Source of the DNA: Cyanophora paradoxa CCMP329
Lineage: Eukaryota > Plantae > Glaucophyta
Length of the DNA: 64,000 nt
NCBI GenBank assembly: GCA_004431415.1
Contig: QPMI01000436.1
Span: 434,001 to 498,000 of the forward strand
Reading direction: 5' to 3'
Both the position numbers and the translations under genes were made by a program. The first letter of the stretch is position 1. Every line of letters starts with the position of its first letter. The notes below the pieces were generated by a model, which saw only the letters and a list, made by a program, of their open reading frames with translations, was not told the origin of the DNA and searched no databases. Below are positions 23,500 to 36,100 of this stretch, one piece after another.

Positions 23500-26431
23500 C
23501 GTTCCGAGCGCGTTCCGTGACCAAGGAGCCGCTTAGGAGCGGCTTTGGGAGCCGCTTGGGAGGTCCCAAGAGCAGCTCATTGCGAGCCGGCAACGTTCAC
23601 CGAACTTGTCGCCAAAGCTGAACTCTGGTGAGCCCTAGCTCCAGGACCGTGCGTGTCGGAGACCCAACTGACTGCCATTCACTACCGCAGCCCTCTGTGC
23701 GCCGTCCTCTGTACTCTCTGTTCGAGCTCCCGCGCACGCGGCCAACGCCGCGCGCTCGCCGTGCCGCGCTCATGGTCCTCGAGCCGCGCCCCAACGCCGC
23801 GTCGCGGCGGGCGCCACGCCGCGCTGCCTCGACGCCGTCCACGATCGGAACCTCGCCGCGCCCTCGCGGGCTCCTCGCGCGCCCGGCCGTGGTCTCGTAA
23901 GTCGCCGCCCGCGTCCTTCAGCTTCGGAGGGCTTTGGATGCGGCCGCGCCGCCCTGCACGCGCACGAGGGGCCCGCGGGCGCGCGTCGGTGCGCCGGGCG
24001 CCCGCCGCGCCGCGCCCGCGCCGCGTGGCGCCGCCGCCTGACGCCCGGCCGCCAGATTCGATCCCCGCCCCGTCGCCCGTACACTGCGGCGCCGCCCTCC
24101 GAACCTCCGCACCGGCCGGCGGTGCGTCTGCAGTCCGCCCCGCCCGCCCCCCGACCGCCCTCGCCGCCACTAACGTCCTGCCCGACCAGTTTCCAAGTGA
24201 TCGGCTGCCGCGGGGGCCCGCCGCCCGCGCATTCGGGCTCTCCGCGCCATCCCCTTTCCAACGGTGTCCGGCACGCCGCGGGGCGCGCCGCCCTCCGGCC
24301 CGCCGCCGGCGCCGCCGGTCTTAGCGGAGGAGTCCTTCGGCGCCCGCGGGTCCGGGTACGACTCGCTCGACTTTCTCCGCGCCAAAGGTTCGAATTCGAT
24401 CCGCGCCCCGGCCTCCCCCTGGAGCTCCCTCTCCCGAGCGAGCGAGCAAGCGCGCGCGCAGGTCGGCCTGACGTCGCGCGAGCTGTGCGCGATCGTGCGG
24501 CGCGTGCGGCCGTCCTGAGCCTCGACGCCTCCGCCCGCATCGAGCCGCTCATCGTCCTCCTGCTCGCCAACGACGTACCCCTCGCCTCCATCCGCTCCGG
24601 CTTCCGGTGGTGCGCGTTCCCTCCCCCTTCCCCTTTCCTCCCCCGCGCCGCGCCGCCTCACGGCCCGCGCCCCGCAGCTTCCCGCGTGTCCTGTTCTGCG
24701 ACGCCGCTACGATCGCCTCGCGCATCGCGTGGCTCCGGTCCCGCGGCGTCGACCTGCCCAAGGCTCGCCCGGCCCAGCCCGCCCGCCCCGCCCCGCCCTG
24801 CGGCCCAGCTGAGCCGAACGGGCGCAGCTGTGGCGGCAGTGCACGCAGACGCTGACGCTGAGCGAGGAGAACCTCGAGCGCAAGTGGGCGGCCCTCTCCC
24901 GCGAGATCGGCGCGGACGGCGCCAGGCGCGGCCCCGCGGCTCTCCCCCGCTTCCCCCCCTGCCCCTCTCAATCTAAGCGGCGGGCGTGCAGGCGCGTCTT
25001 CGAGGAGACGATTGCGCCGACCCTCTCCGTCGAGAACCTCCTCGGCAAGCTCGACGAGGTGCGCTCAGATCAGGTCGCTCAGATCGCTCAGATCGCTCAG
25101 ATCAGATCTGATCTGACCTTACTCGGGGGCAGGTGCAGGGGGCACTGGGGGTACCGCGGCGGGAGCTGGCGGCGCTGGCGGCGCGCATGCCGGGCCTCCT
25201 CGAGGTGCGCACCGCTCAGATGAGATCCGATCTGATCCGATCCGATCTGATCTGATCTGACTCCTTCCTCCCCCACAGGCGGACGTGCCGGCGCGCGCTG
25301 GGGCCTCGTTTGAGTACCGGGGGAGCCTTGGCCTCTCCCGCGCCGAGGTACCCGAGATCTAGACACCCCGCCCTCCGCCGCCCTATCGACTCCCTGCCCT
25401 GACGCGCGCCGCGCCGTCCTCCCCGCAGGCGGCCGCCGTGCTCCGGGCCGTGCCCCGCTTCCTCGTCTCCGACATCGACGCCTGTTACAGCCCCGCCGTG
25501 CGGCTCCGCCCCCCCGCGCTGCGCCTCCTCGTAAAGCGGTACCCCCAGGTCTCGTTTCTGCTCTCGACGGGCTTCTCGCCTTAGGACGTGGCACTGCTGA
25601 TCCGCCGACGGCCTACGCTCCACCGCTTCTCCGTCACCAAGTACTACTCCCCCCTGGTCCGCCCGGCGGCCCCCCGCGCTCTCCCCCCGCCCCTCCCCCT
25701 CGCCTCTGACCTGTACCCCCCCGCCCCGGCTTAGGCGATGTTCCTGTCGCAGCAGGGGATCCACGGCCCGGCCCTCGTCCGCGTCCTCCGCCTCGCCCCC
25801 GAGCTCCTCGGTCCGTCTGGCTATCTCTATCTAGATCTTACGAGCCACGAGCCATCACTCCCTCTGCTGTTCTCGCTCCCGCTCGGCCGACGTTGACGCG
25901 CCGCCCGCGCGCAGGCCACTCCATCGAGAGCCTCAGGCGCGAACGCAGCCTGCCCCTCCCCCTCCCCCCCCCGCCCCCCCCCCCCCTGCCCACCCCCTCC
26001 GCCCCCCGTCCTGAACCCGTACCCCCCGCAGGCCCAAGTTCGAGTTCCTGTACGCCCAGCACTACTCCGCCCGCGTCGTCATCTCGTACCCCACCGCCCT
26101 CAAGTGCTCCCTCGGTGCCCTGTACCCCGCCCGCCGCCCCGGCTCCCCCCCACCCCCCCGTCCTTCGTTTGCAGAGCGGCGCATCCGCCCGCGGCTGCTG
26201 TTCCTCGCGGGGCGCGGCCTGCGGGCGCCCCTCTGCCGCGCCCTCACCCTCCGGTGCCCCAACCCCTTCCTCTTCCTCCCCCTCGTTTCCTCACGTGTAC
26301 CCCCGGGCCCGGGGGGGTACAGCGACGAGCGGTTCGCGGGGGAGGTGGCGCGGTGCCGGCCCAAGGAGTGGGCCGCCTTCCTCGGGCGCCATGCGGGCGG
26401 GCCGGACGGGACCCGCGGCCAGGACGGCTGA
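23500..26431 (+). pseudogene. mTERF copy 2 with upstream flank (pseudogene)
   Basis: Same exon/intron structure as copy 1, with a 1-nt deletion at about 24505 (cgtgcggcc vs cgtgccggcc) and an in-frame TAG at 25582-25584. Confidence 0.8.
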
Positions 26432-27158
26432 GCGAGCGTACCCCGGGCGCCCTGGGTACAGCGAGGCCGTGACCACGTGCGGCCCGCGCCGCGCTTATAA
26501 TTACCGGCGGGGCCCGATGCTGGGCTATAGCTAGCGCCATCGCTTTCCCATGCATGCCTACGTAATTTGCCAGTTGCCCCAAGTACAATTGCAAAGCGCC
26601 GGCGCCGGCCACTGCGCCGGCAGCGGCCGCAGGGAGCAACATGAATTCTTCATGCAAATCGATAAGGAAGTGGGTTAATTTCGGGCCGGGATCCGAGTTT
26701 TCTTGGAGTCTCAGGCCGGGCCGCTGGCCCTGGCGAGCCTCGCGATCGAGTACTGGCGACGACGCACGTGCATGCGCATGCCGCAGCTGCAGTGCGCAAT
26801 CGCATTCATGATCTTGGGCGTGCCACAGTGTACATAATTATAAGTGCGGCTGCAGTGTATGTCGTAGTATAGCCTACATTTAGCTAGCAGTCTCGAGCTC
26901 GCAATCGATAAAAGATAAGAATTCGAAATGTAAAGCTCGATGCCAAAACGTAAACGTTGTGATATAAATGTAAAGCTCGGTGCCAATTGCAATATTAATA
27001 AGGAAAAGTAAAACGAGGACACTGCACGTGACATCGATAATCAAGGCAAGACTTCCGAATCCTAAATCCAAGACTGAAGGACGGAGGAGTAATCGCCACA
27101 TGTTAAACCGCTAACGTTAACGGAGCCCGTAGGAGTGCCCGCACCAGGCCCGTGCCTC

Positions 27159-30100
27159 TCACGATGGACACTCAAGCATGAAAGGGCAGCAAAAGCCAAC
27201 AGTACGGCGGGTAGATGCCAGCGCCCGTGCCGGCGCCTCGCCCTCGAGAACGCCCCTCTCTGCGGACGCCGTGCTGCCCCGAGCCGCGCCCGCCCGCCCG
27301 CCCACCCCGCTCAAGCGGAGCACGCAGCCGCCGGTGCCCCGAAGAGGAGCGGCCGAAGCGGCCGCCCCGGTGCCCTCACGCGGAGCGGCCGAAGAGGCCG
27401 AAGAGTCCTCCGGCCCCGGCGCCGCCCCCAGCTGCGCCCGCCGCCCGTGAGTGAAGGGCGCCCGGCCCGGCGGGGGCGACTCGAGCTCGGGGCGGGGCGG
27501 GGCCGAACCGGCGTCGGGCCTGACGGCCGTGAGGATGGCTTCCAGCTGCGCCTCCAGCTTGGCATGCTGCGCCTTCATTTCGGCATGCTGCCCCTTCATC
27601 TCGGCCTGCAGTGCCTCTAGCTTGGCCTGCTGCTCCTTATGCTTCAATGTGAGCTGCGGCGGCGGCGTCAGAGCAGAGCCGGCGCCCAGGCCCCGCAGAG
27701 AGGCGGCGGACCTCCTTCTTCAGTTGCTCGATGTGGGCGCGGGGCGGCGAGTCATCGCGGAGCTCGAGGGGCCCCGTGTAGATCGGGTCCGGCGCCTCCC
27801 GCTCCTCGTCGTACCGCAGGGCGCTGAGCTTGGGCTTCCCGCTCGCCTCGGTCCCTTCCGACTCCGGATCCTCCTCGGTCGCCTCACTCCGAGGGCGAGC
27901 CGCTTCTTGGTTCGCCCTCGCCCCTGCAGCTGCTGCCTCCTCGCCGCTGGGCTGTTTGCCATCGGTTCCCTTGCCTCCCGCCTCGCAATTGGCGGCGGCA
28001 TCCCCGCCCTTGGGCTGGAGGCGGTGCTCCTCGATGGCGTCCCCCCAGGCCTTGCGGATGCCGTGCTCGAAGCGATACGAGTTGTGCTTGGCCCTCAACT
28101 CGTCCGCACTCAGCTCTGCCTCCGGGACGGATCCTCCAATCGCCCCAGCCGCCGGGCGGGACCCAATGCGCGCAACGAGCCGCCCCAGGTCCGCGGCCGT
28201 AGCAAGGAGCAGCAGTAGGGGCAGGAACAGGACGCCCGACGCGAGGTTGACTGCAGCCGTCGCGAGGCGCGGGGAGAAAGAGAGAAGAAACCATAGGATG
28301 TTGAAGGGCGCCACCACCTGCTGCTCTCGGCGGTGGTACCGCAGAACCATCTGAGCGTCCGATGAGTCCTATGCAAATGAACTCGTGATCGGGTGGACAC
28401 GGAAGCAGGCAGCACCTTCGTGCGGCCATACGCGTACACAACTTGTGCTTTGTCGAAAGTCGCAGTGATGGTAGAGCTGCAAAAGAGGAATGCATGAGAT
28501 TACCAGACGTAGACCGAGAAGTCTAGGCCGGCGCCTGGCCAGGCGTGCCTGAAAAGACCGGTGAGGACGTTGAGCAGGAGGACAACAGTCAGGATCTGGT
28601 AAATGGAGAGGAGCGCGGCGCCTGGCGAGAATGAAAATGAGCCACTACGAAGATCGACGGAATTAACGACCTCAACGCGAACCGATGAAGGGGACGCGGG
28701 TGCTGAACTCATTCGAGTCGCTCTCGCCCAGCACAGCAAAATACAGAATGCCACTGCAAAGCCCGAGTTGAAGGGGCACCAATAAATTCATCAGAGGGTC
28801 GAGACTCACGCCATCTCATGAAGGCTCAAAGGATTCTCAGCGCCGTCCGCACTTGAAGCCGCACGGATGTTAAGCGACCAGGCCCAGAGGCCCACGCAGA
28901 AGCTGCCAAAGATGACTGCAAGAACGAGCAGCACCGTGAAGACGTCCTTTGCCATCTGCGACGTAAACAAATTGAGACGCGTTTGGGGCACGGATATCGA
29001 TCCAGGACGGCAGTCGCCTATCACCTGCCCGAGCACAGTGAGCATTGGACCAAAGATCTCGCTAATGTAGCCGAATTCGAGGATGCGAAGCCCAGCCAAA
29101 ATGAACACTGCAAGATGAGGGTGAACAAAATTCGATAGCGACAGGTTTCAGCTCACAGCAACAAACCGACTGCAAGGACCGGGATGGGAAGAGACCAGAA
29201 GATGCCCTGGAGATGAAACGTTTCGGCACATATCGCACACGCCGAGGCCGCGAGCGTTCCGTGCAGGCAACCAGGTCAGGTGTAAGTGCGAAAATGGTGT
29301 AGCTCACAGCCAAAGTGCTGGAAAGCGGGCAGAAGGATATGGCCAGGATGAACCAGTCGATCCAATTGAAGACATCGGAAAAGTACGAAGAGGTGCCCCC
29401 GGATCGACGCTCGTCCAAGAACTGTAGGCGCTCTAAATTAAATTTCATTCAAAGCAGCCTCAGAGTGCAGGAGAGCACCTGTGAGAACTCGTGGATCAGG
29501 AGGCCGAGGGCCTGCAGCGCAAGGGGCACCAAGAGCCACCCACCGCCTCGGCAAACCGCTGCTCGGAAAAACCGAGGTCGCTTTCGCAGCAAGCAAATGA
29601 CCACTTTCAACCACTCACCGGTCCCAAGCAGGATGAGAAACAACACGTAGGCGCCGAGGTCTATCGCAAATCGTCCCCGCCACCCCCCGAGCACGCTTGC
29701 AGGTGAATCGAACCACAGCTGCTCAGTCAACGCTGCAGGCTTTGGCTCCTGTTCGGGCCTCTCCATCCTCGTCATTTGGTGATCCTTGCACGCATTCCAG
29801 GCAGGCAAGCCATCCTTCACACACGCCGAGCAATAGTTGGAGCAATAGTTGCGATCCTCGCATTGCTTGCACTTGAACCGTGGGCCGACGATCGGCTCCT
29901 GCGGGGGTCGATCAGCATCGGAGGCTGGGGATTGACAGGAGTCTGCGGACCGCTCTACATCCGTAGCATTCCACTCCCGTCCAGACCGCAGGCTCGCGAT
30001 CGGCATCGAGTGACAAGAGGGCAGAAGCCATCGACGCCGGAGCGACCGACGACAGCGAGAGCGCTGCCCCGCTTTCCCATATGCGGTTCACGTAGCGCTG

Positions 30101-33100
30101 CACAAAGTGGTGTGCCTGTGGAGGTGTGAGCACAGGCAGAAGCTGCCACCAGAAGCGACGCAAAGCAAAGCAATGCGCACCACGACGTCGTGAAAGCCGA
30201 GGTCGAGGGCCATGTCGACGGCGGACGGCACAATGCCCGCGCGGCCCTCGAGAGCCTGGTGACGAAACTTTCAGCAAATGCAGCACATGGATAAGCGAGC
30301 ACTAAGCAATCGTACATGTACATCGATACATGGATACACGAGAAAGCTCACATTCACTGCAGCGATGACTGGTTCTCCCGAGTTAGTTACTGCAACGATC
30401 ATGCTATTTGACCGCTTGCGTGCCCAAGCTCTGATCTGCTTGCATGTCCAAAAAATTCTATCGAGCGACCCAAAAGGTAATAAACTCATTAGACATTCCG
30501 CACCAGTTCATGTACAAGCCACGAGTCCAGCGCATCAAACGGCGTTCGTCCCAGAAATGCCTTCAACTGATCATCGTTCTTGCCTCCATCACGTACGCTT
30601 CTAGCCCACGGCAAACTTTTCACTGCTGCAATCCATGATGCTGAGAACGGGAGATAGCGTGAGCATCATTGTGAAACTCCTCAGGATAGTTACCGCCAAT
30701 AAAAGTCGCTACCCTCGTAGTGCCCTTCAGGGCGCCTGCGCTGGATGCGGTCGCCCAACGCCATCTCCATCCTGTCGAGGAGCTCGACAGCGATGCCCCG
30801 TAAGTCCTTCATGCGGTCGGCAAGGAGCGCCTGCTGGTCCGCGCTTGCGCTTGCCTGCATGCGACGTCATCCTCCAGCAGAAGGAACTTGGATGATGGTA
30901 TGCACCTGGAAAAGCTGTGCTATGCGGAGGACAACGTTGAGCTTTCCAGCAGGGAAGCGGTTCACCAAGGTTCTAACGTCGAGCTCGAGGCCCATTGCAG
31001 CAACGAATTCCGTGCAAACCCGCGACATGCTGTCTTTCGAGAACTTGACGGCCTCACAGTCCATGAATAGCTTCAGGAGTGGTTTGCTCTTCGATCTCAA
31101 TGCTTGGTCGAGAGGCGAGAGGCCATCCTTGTCGCAAACTGCCCACAAACTGGCGCCAGCTGACTTGCAGTTGAGAAGGATTCTGCAAGAAGTTGAGAAA
31201 GGCTCCCGAGGCTGCGGATTTCAGAACCCCAAAGAGTCTCCTCGCACCGGGCAAACGACTCCTCCCCCATTTCAATAACAATATGCAACGCAGTGCGCCC
31301 TGTCGTGTCTTGGACGTTGACGTCGGCTCCATGTTCCAGCAGCAATCTGCTCATGCGTGGTCACTTTTGAATACGTCCAAAACAGTCCTCGCCATCGCCT
31401 AGGGCCTCGCTTCTAAATATCTCCTCTCGTCTCTTATAAGCACCTCAAAGCATAAAATATCAAACATAAGCAGACGTCTCTTTTAAAGCGGACTCTCACT
31501 CATTAAAGCGCCCCCAGCGGCTCGGCCCCGCACCGGGCGACCCCCTCATGCCCCAAATCGACCACGCAGTGCAGCACGGTCCCAGCCACACGCACCGGGC
31601 GGTCCCCTCGTGCCCTTCATTGGCTGCACGATGCAGCGCAGTCCGCCCGTCCTTGTCCCGAGCGTTGACGTCGGCGCCGCGCTCGAGCAGCAGCCTGCGG
31701 GCGCGCGGTCGCTCTCTGTCGGAGGGGCAGCGCCAGCGCGCGCTCGGGCCCGTTCACGGCAGCGGGGAGGGGGGGAGGAGATGGCTTTAGCTTAGCTCGA
31801 AAGAGGGAGGGGGAGCGAGGGGCGGGCGCGGGGGAGGGGAGGCGACTGGAGCTGAAGGTCCGGGGCTTTTGGGGGGCGCAGGGGTGGGGTCGAGGGGGGT
31901 GGGGGGGGAGAGGGGGGGAGAAGGGGGGAGGGGAGGACGGCGCGGGAGGCGGAGCCTCTCGTCTTGAGCGTCAGAGCGCCCGCATTGTGGCCCTCTGCTC
32001 CGGGCAGCGTTTCGTCTATACAGGCGCTCCCCTCTTGAAGCCGTCGCAGCTCGCTTTTGCGACTCTAGGTGCCCCAAGCGGCCCCGCCCCACGCACCGGG
32101 CGGTCCCCTCTTGTCCTTCATCCGCAGCGCGATGCAGCGGGGTCGATCCACCATTGTCTTGGGCCTTGACGTCGGCGCCGCGCTCCAGCAGCAGCCTGCG
32201 GGCAGGCGGTCACTCCCTATCGGAGGGACAGCGCCATCCCGCGCTCGGATTCGTTTACAGCGGCTTCAGGATGGGAGAGGGGGGAGAACGGGAGGAGGAC
32301 GGGGGACAGGGGACGGGGGGGTACGGGTTGAGGTGGGAGGTGGGGGGGGGGGAGAGGCGGGTGCAAGGATCGGAAGGGGAGGGGACAGGAGAGGGGCGAA
32401 GGGGAGCATAAGGTCCGGAGCTTTCAAGTTTGGGAGGGAGGGGGGGGGGGGGGGGGGCAGGGGCGGGTTGAAGGGATTGAAGGTGGGAGGAGTAGAGGGA
32501 GATGGACCCTCTCTTGGGACTCAGAGCGCTCTCCATCGTGGCCCTCTGCCAGGCTGCTCCGGGCAGCGTTTCGTCTATAGTGGCGCTCCCCTCTTGAAGC
32601 CGTGCAGCTGGCTACTGGGACGCTCCTTGTCCCAAGCAGCCCGGCCCCGCGCACCGGGCGGTCCCCTCGTGCCCCCATTCGGCCGCGTATTGCAGCGCAG
32701 TCCATCCTTTCTCGTCCCGAGCGTTGACGTCGGCGCCGCGCTCGAGCAGCAGCCTGCGGGCGCGCGGTCGCTCTCTGTCGGAGGGGCAGCGCCAGCGCGC
32801 GCTCGGGCCCGTTCACGGCAGCGGGGAGGGGGGGAGGAGATGGCTTTAGCTTAGCTCGAAAGAGGGAGGGGGAGCGAGGGACGGGCGCGGGGGAGGGGAG
32901 GCGACTGGAGCTGAAGGTCCGGGGCTTTTGGGGGGTGCAGGGGTGGGGTCGAGGGGGGTGCAGGGGGGGAGGGGGGGGGAGAAGGGGGGAGGGGAGGACG
33001 GCGCGGGAGGAGGAGCCTCTCGTCTTGAGCCTCAGATCGCCCGCATTGTGGCCCTCTGCTCCGGGCAGCGTTTCGTCTATACAGGCGCTCCCCTCTTGAA

Positions 33101-36100
33101 GCCGTCGCAGCTCGCTTTTACGACTCTAGGCGCCTCAAGCGGCCCGGCCCCGCGCACCGGGCGGTCCCCTCGTGCCCTTCAAAGGCTGCGCGATGCAGCG
33201 GGGTCCATCCCTCCTCGTCCCGAGCGTTGACGTCGGCGCCGCGCTCCAGCAGCAGCCTGCGGGCGCGCGGTCGCTCTCTGTCGGAGGGGCAGCGCCAGCG
33301 CGCGCTCGGGCCCGTTCACGGCAGCGGGGAGGGGGGGAGGAGATGGCTTTAGCTTAGCTCGAAAGAGGGAGGGGGAGCGAGGGGCGGGCGCGGGGGAGGG
33401 GAGGCGACTGGAGCTGAAGGTCCGGGGCTTTTGGGGGGCGCAGGGGTGGGGTCGAGGGGGGTGGGGGGGGAGAGGGGGGGAGAAGGGGGGAGGGGAGGAC
33501 GGCGCGGGAGGCGGGGCCTCTCGTCTTGAGCGTCAGAGCGCCCGCATTGTGGCCCTCTGCTCCGGGCAGCGTTTCGTCTATACAGGCGCTCCCCTCTTGA
33601 AGCCGTCGCAGCTCGCTTTGAGGACTCTAGACGCCCCAAGCGGCCCGGCCCCGCGCACCGAGCGGTCCCCTCCTGCCCTAATGTGGCAGCGTAGTGCAGC
33701 GCGGTCCATCCCTCCTTGTTCCGAGCGTTGATCATGACGTCGGCGCCGCGCTCGAGCAGCAGCCTGCGGGCGCGCGGTCGCTCTCTGTCGGAGGGGCAGC
33801 GCCAGCGCGCGCTCGGGCCCGTTCACGGCAGCGGGGAGGGGGGGAGGAGATGGCTTTAGCTTAGCTCGAAAGAGGGAGGGGGAGCGAGGGGCGGGCGCGG
33901 GGGAGGGGAGGCGACTGGAGCTGAAGGTCCGGGGCTTTTGGGGGGCGCAGGGGTGGGGTCGAGGGTGGTGCAGGGGGGGAGGGGGGGGGAGAAGGGGGGA
34001 GGGGAGGACGGCGCGGGAGGCGGGGCCTCTCGTCTTGAGCGTCAGAGCGCCCGCATTGTGGCCCTCTGCTCCGGGCAGCGTTTCGTCTATACAGGCGCTC
34101 CCCTCTTGAAGCCGTCGCAGCTCGCTTTTACGACTCTAGGCGCCTCAAGCGGCCCGGCCCCGCGCACCGGGCGGTCCCCTGGTGCCCTCCACTGGCGGCG
34201 GAGAGCAGCGCAGTCCATCCTTTCTCGTCCCGAGCGTTGACGTCGGCGCCGCGCTCGAGCAGCAGCCTGCGGGCGCACGGTCGATCTCTGTCGGAGGGGC
34301 AGGGCCATCACGCGCTCGGGCCCGTTCACGGCAGCGGGGAGGGGGAGATGGGGAGATGGGCTTTAGAAAGAAAGAAACGATGGCTTTAGCTTAGCTCGAA
34401 AGAGGGAGGGGGAGCGAGGGACGGGCGCGGGGAAGGGGAGGCGACTGGAGCTGAAGGTCCGGGGCTTTTGGGGGGTGCAGGGGTGGGCTGGACGGGGGTG
34501 CAGGGGGGGAGGGGGGGGGAGAAGGGGGGAGGGGAGGACGGATCGGGAGGCGGGGCCTCTCGTCTTGAGCGTCAGAGCGCCCGCATTGTGGCCCTCTGCT
34601 CCGGGCAGCGTTTCGTCTATACAGGCGCTCCCCTCTTGAAGCCGTCGCAGCTCGCTTTTACGACTGTAGGTGCCCCAAGCGGCCCCGCCCCACGCACCGG
34701 GCGGTCCCCTCGTGTCCGCCATAGGCGGCCCAATGCAGCGCGGTCCATCCTTTCTCGTCCCGAGCGTTGACGTCGGCGCCGCGCTCCAGCAGCAGCCTGC
34801 GGGCAAGCGGTCAATCTCCATCGGAGGGGCAGGGCCATCACGCGCTCGGATTCGTTTACAACGGCTTCAGGATGGGAGAGGGGGGAGAAGAGGAGGAGGA
34901 CGGGGGACAGGTACGGGTTGAGGTGGGAGGTGGGGGGGGGGGGGGGAGAGAGAGGCGGGTGCAAGGATCGGAAGGGGAGGGGACAGGAGAGGGGCGAAGG
35001 GGAGCATAAGGTCCGGAGCTTTGGGGGGGGGGGGGAGGGGGGGGGGGGGGGGGCGGGGCAGGGGCGGGTTGAAGGGGATTGAAGGTGGGATGAGTAGAGG
35101 GAGGTGGACCCTCTCTTGGGACTCAGAGCGCTCTCCATCGTGGCCCTCTGCCAGGCTGCTCCGGGCAGCGTTTCGTCTATAGTGGCGCTCCCCTCTTGAA
35201 GCCGTTGCAGCTGGCTACTGGGACGCTCCTTGTCCCAAGCAGCCCGGCCCCGCGCACCGGGCGGTCCCCTCGTGCCCCCATTCGGCCGCGTATTGCAGCG
35301 CAGTCCGCCCGTCCTTGTCCCGAGCGTTGACGTCGGCGCCGCGCTCCAGCAGCAGCCTGCGGGCGCACGGTCGATCTCTGTCGGAGGGGCAGCGCCAGCG
35401 CGCGCTCGGGCCCGTTCACGGCAGCGGGGAGGGGGAGATGGGGAGATGGGCTTTAGAAAGAAAGAAACGATGGCTTTAGCTTAGCTCGAAAGAGGGAGGG
35501 GGAGCGAGGGACGGGCGCGGGGAAGGGGAGGCGACTGGAGCTGAAGGTCCGGGGCTTTTGGGGGGTGCAGGGGTGGGGTCGAGGGTGGTGGGGGGGGAGA
35601 GGGGGGGAGAAGGGGGGAGGGGAGGACGGCGGGGGAGGAGGAGCCTCTTTTCTTGAGCACTCAGAGCGCCTCGATCATGACCCTCTGCGCCCGACAGCGT
35701 TTCGTCTAAAGAGCCACTCCCCTCTCGAAGCTGTCGCAGCTCGCTCTTAGGACTCTAGGCGCCCCAAGCGGCCCGGCCCCGCGCACCGGGCGGTCCCCTC
35801 GTGCCCTCTCCAAGCGGCATGGTGCAGCGCGGTAGATCCGTCCTTGTTTCGAGCGCTGACGTCGGCGCCGCGCTCCAGCAGCAGCCTGCGGGCGCGCGGT
35901 CACTCTCTATCGGAGGGGCAGCGCCATCATGCGCTCGGGCCCGTTTACGACAGCGGGGAGGGGAGTGGGGGGGAGGGGAGGTGAGCTTTAACAAGAAGAA
36001 AACTATGGCTTTAGCTTTAACGATGGCTTTGAGAAACGCGGGAGGGAGGGGATGGGAGGGATGGGCGTGGGGCGCGGGGAAGGGGGGAGAGAGGAGAGGG

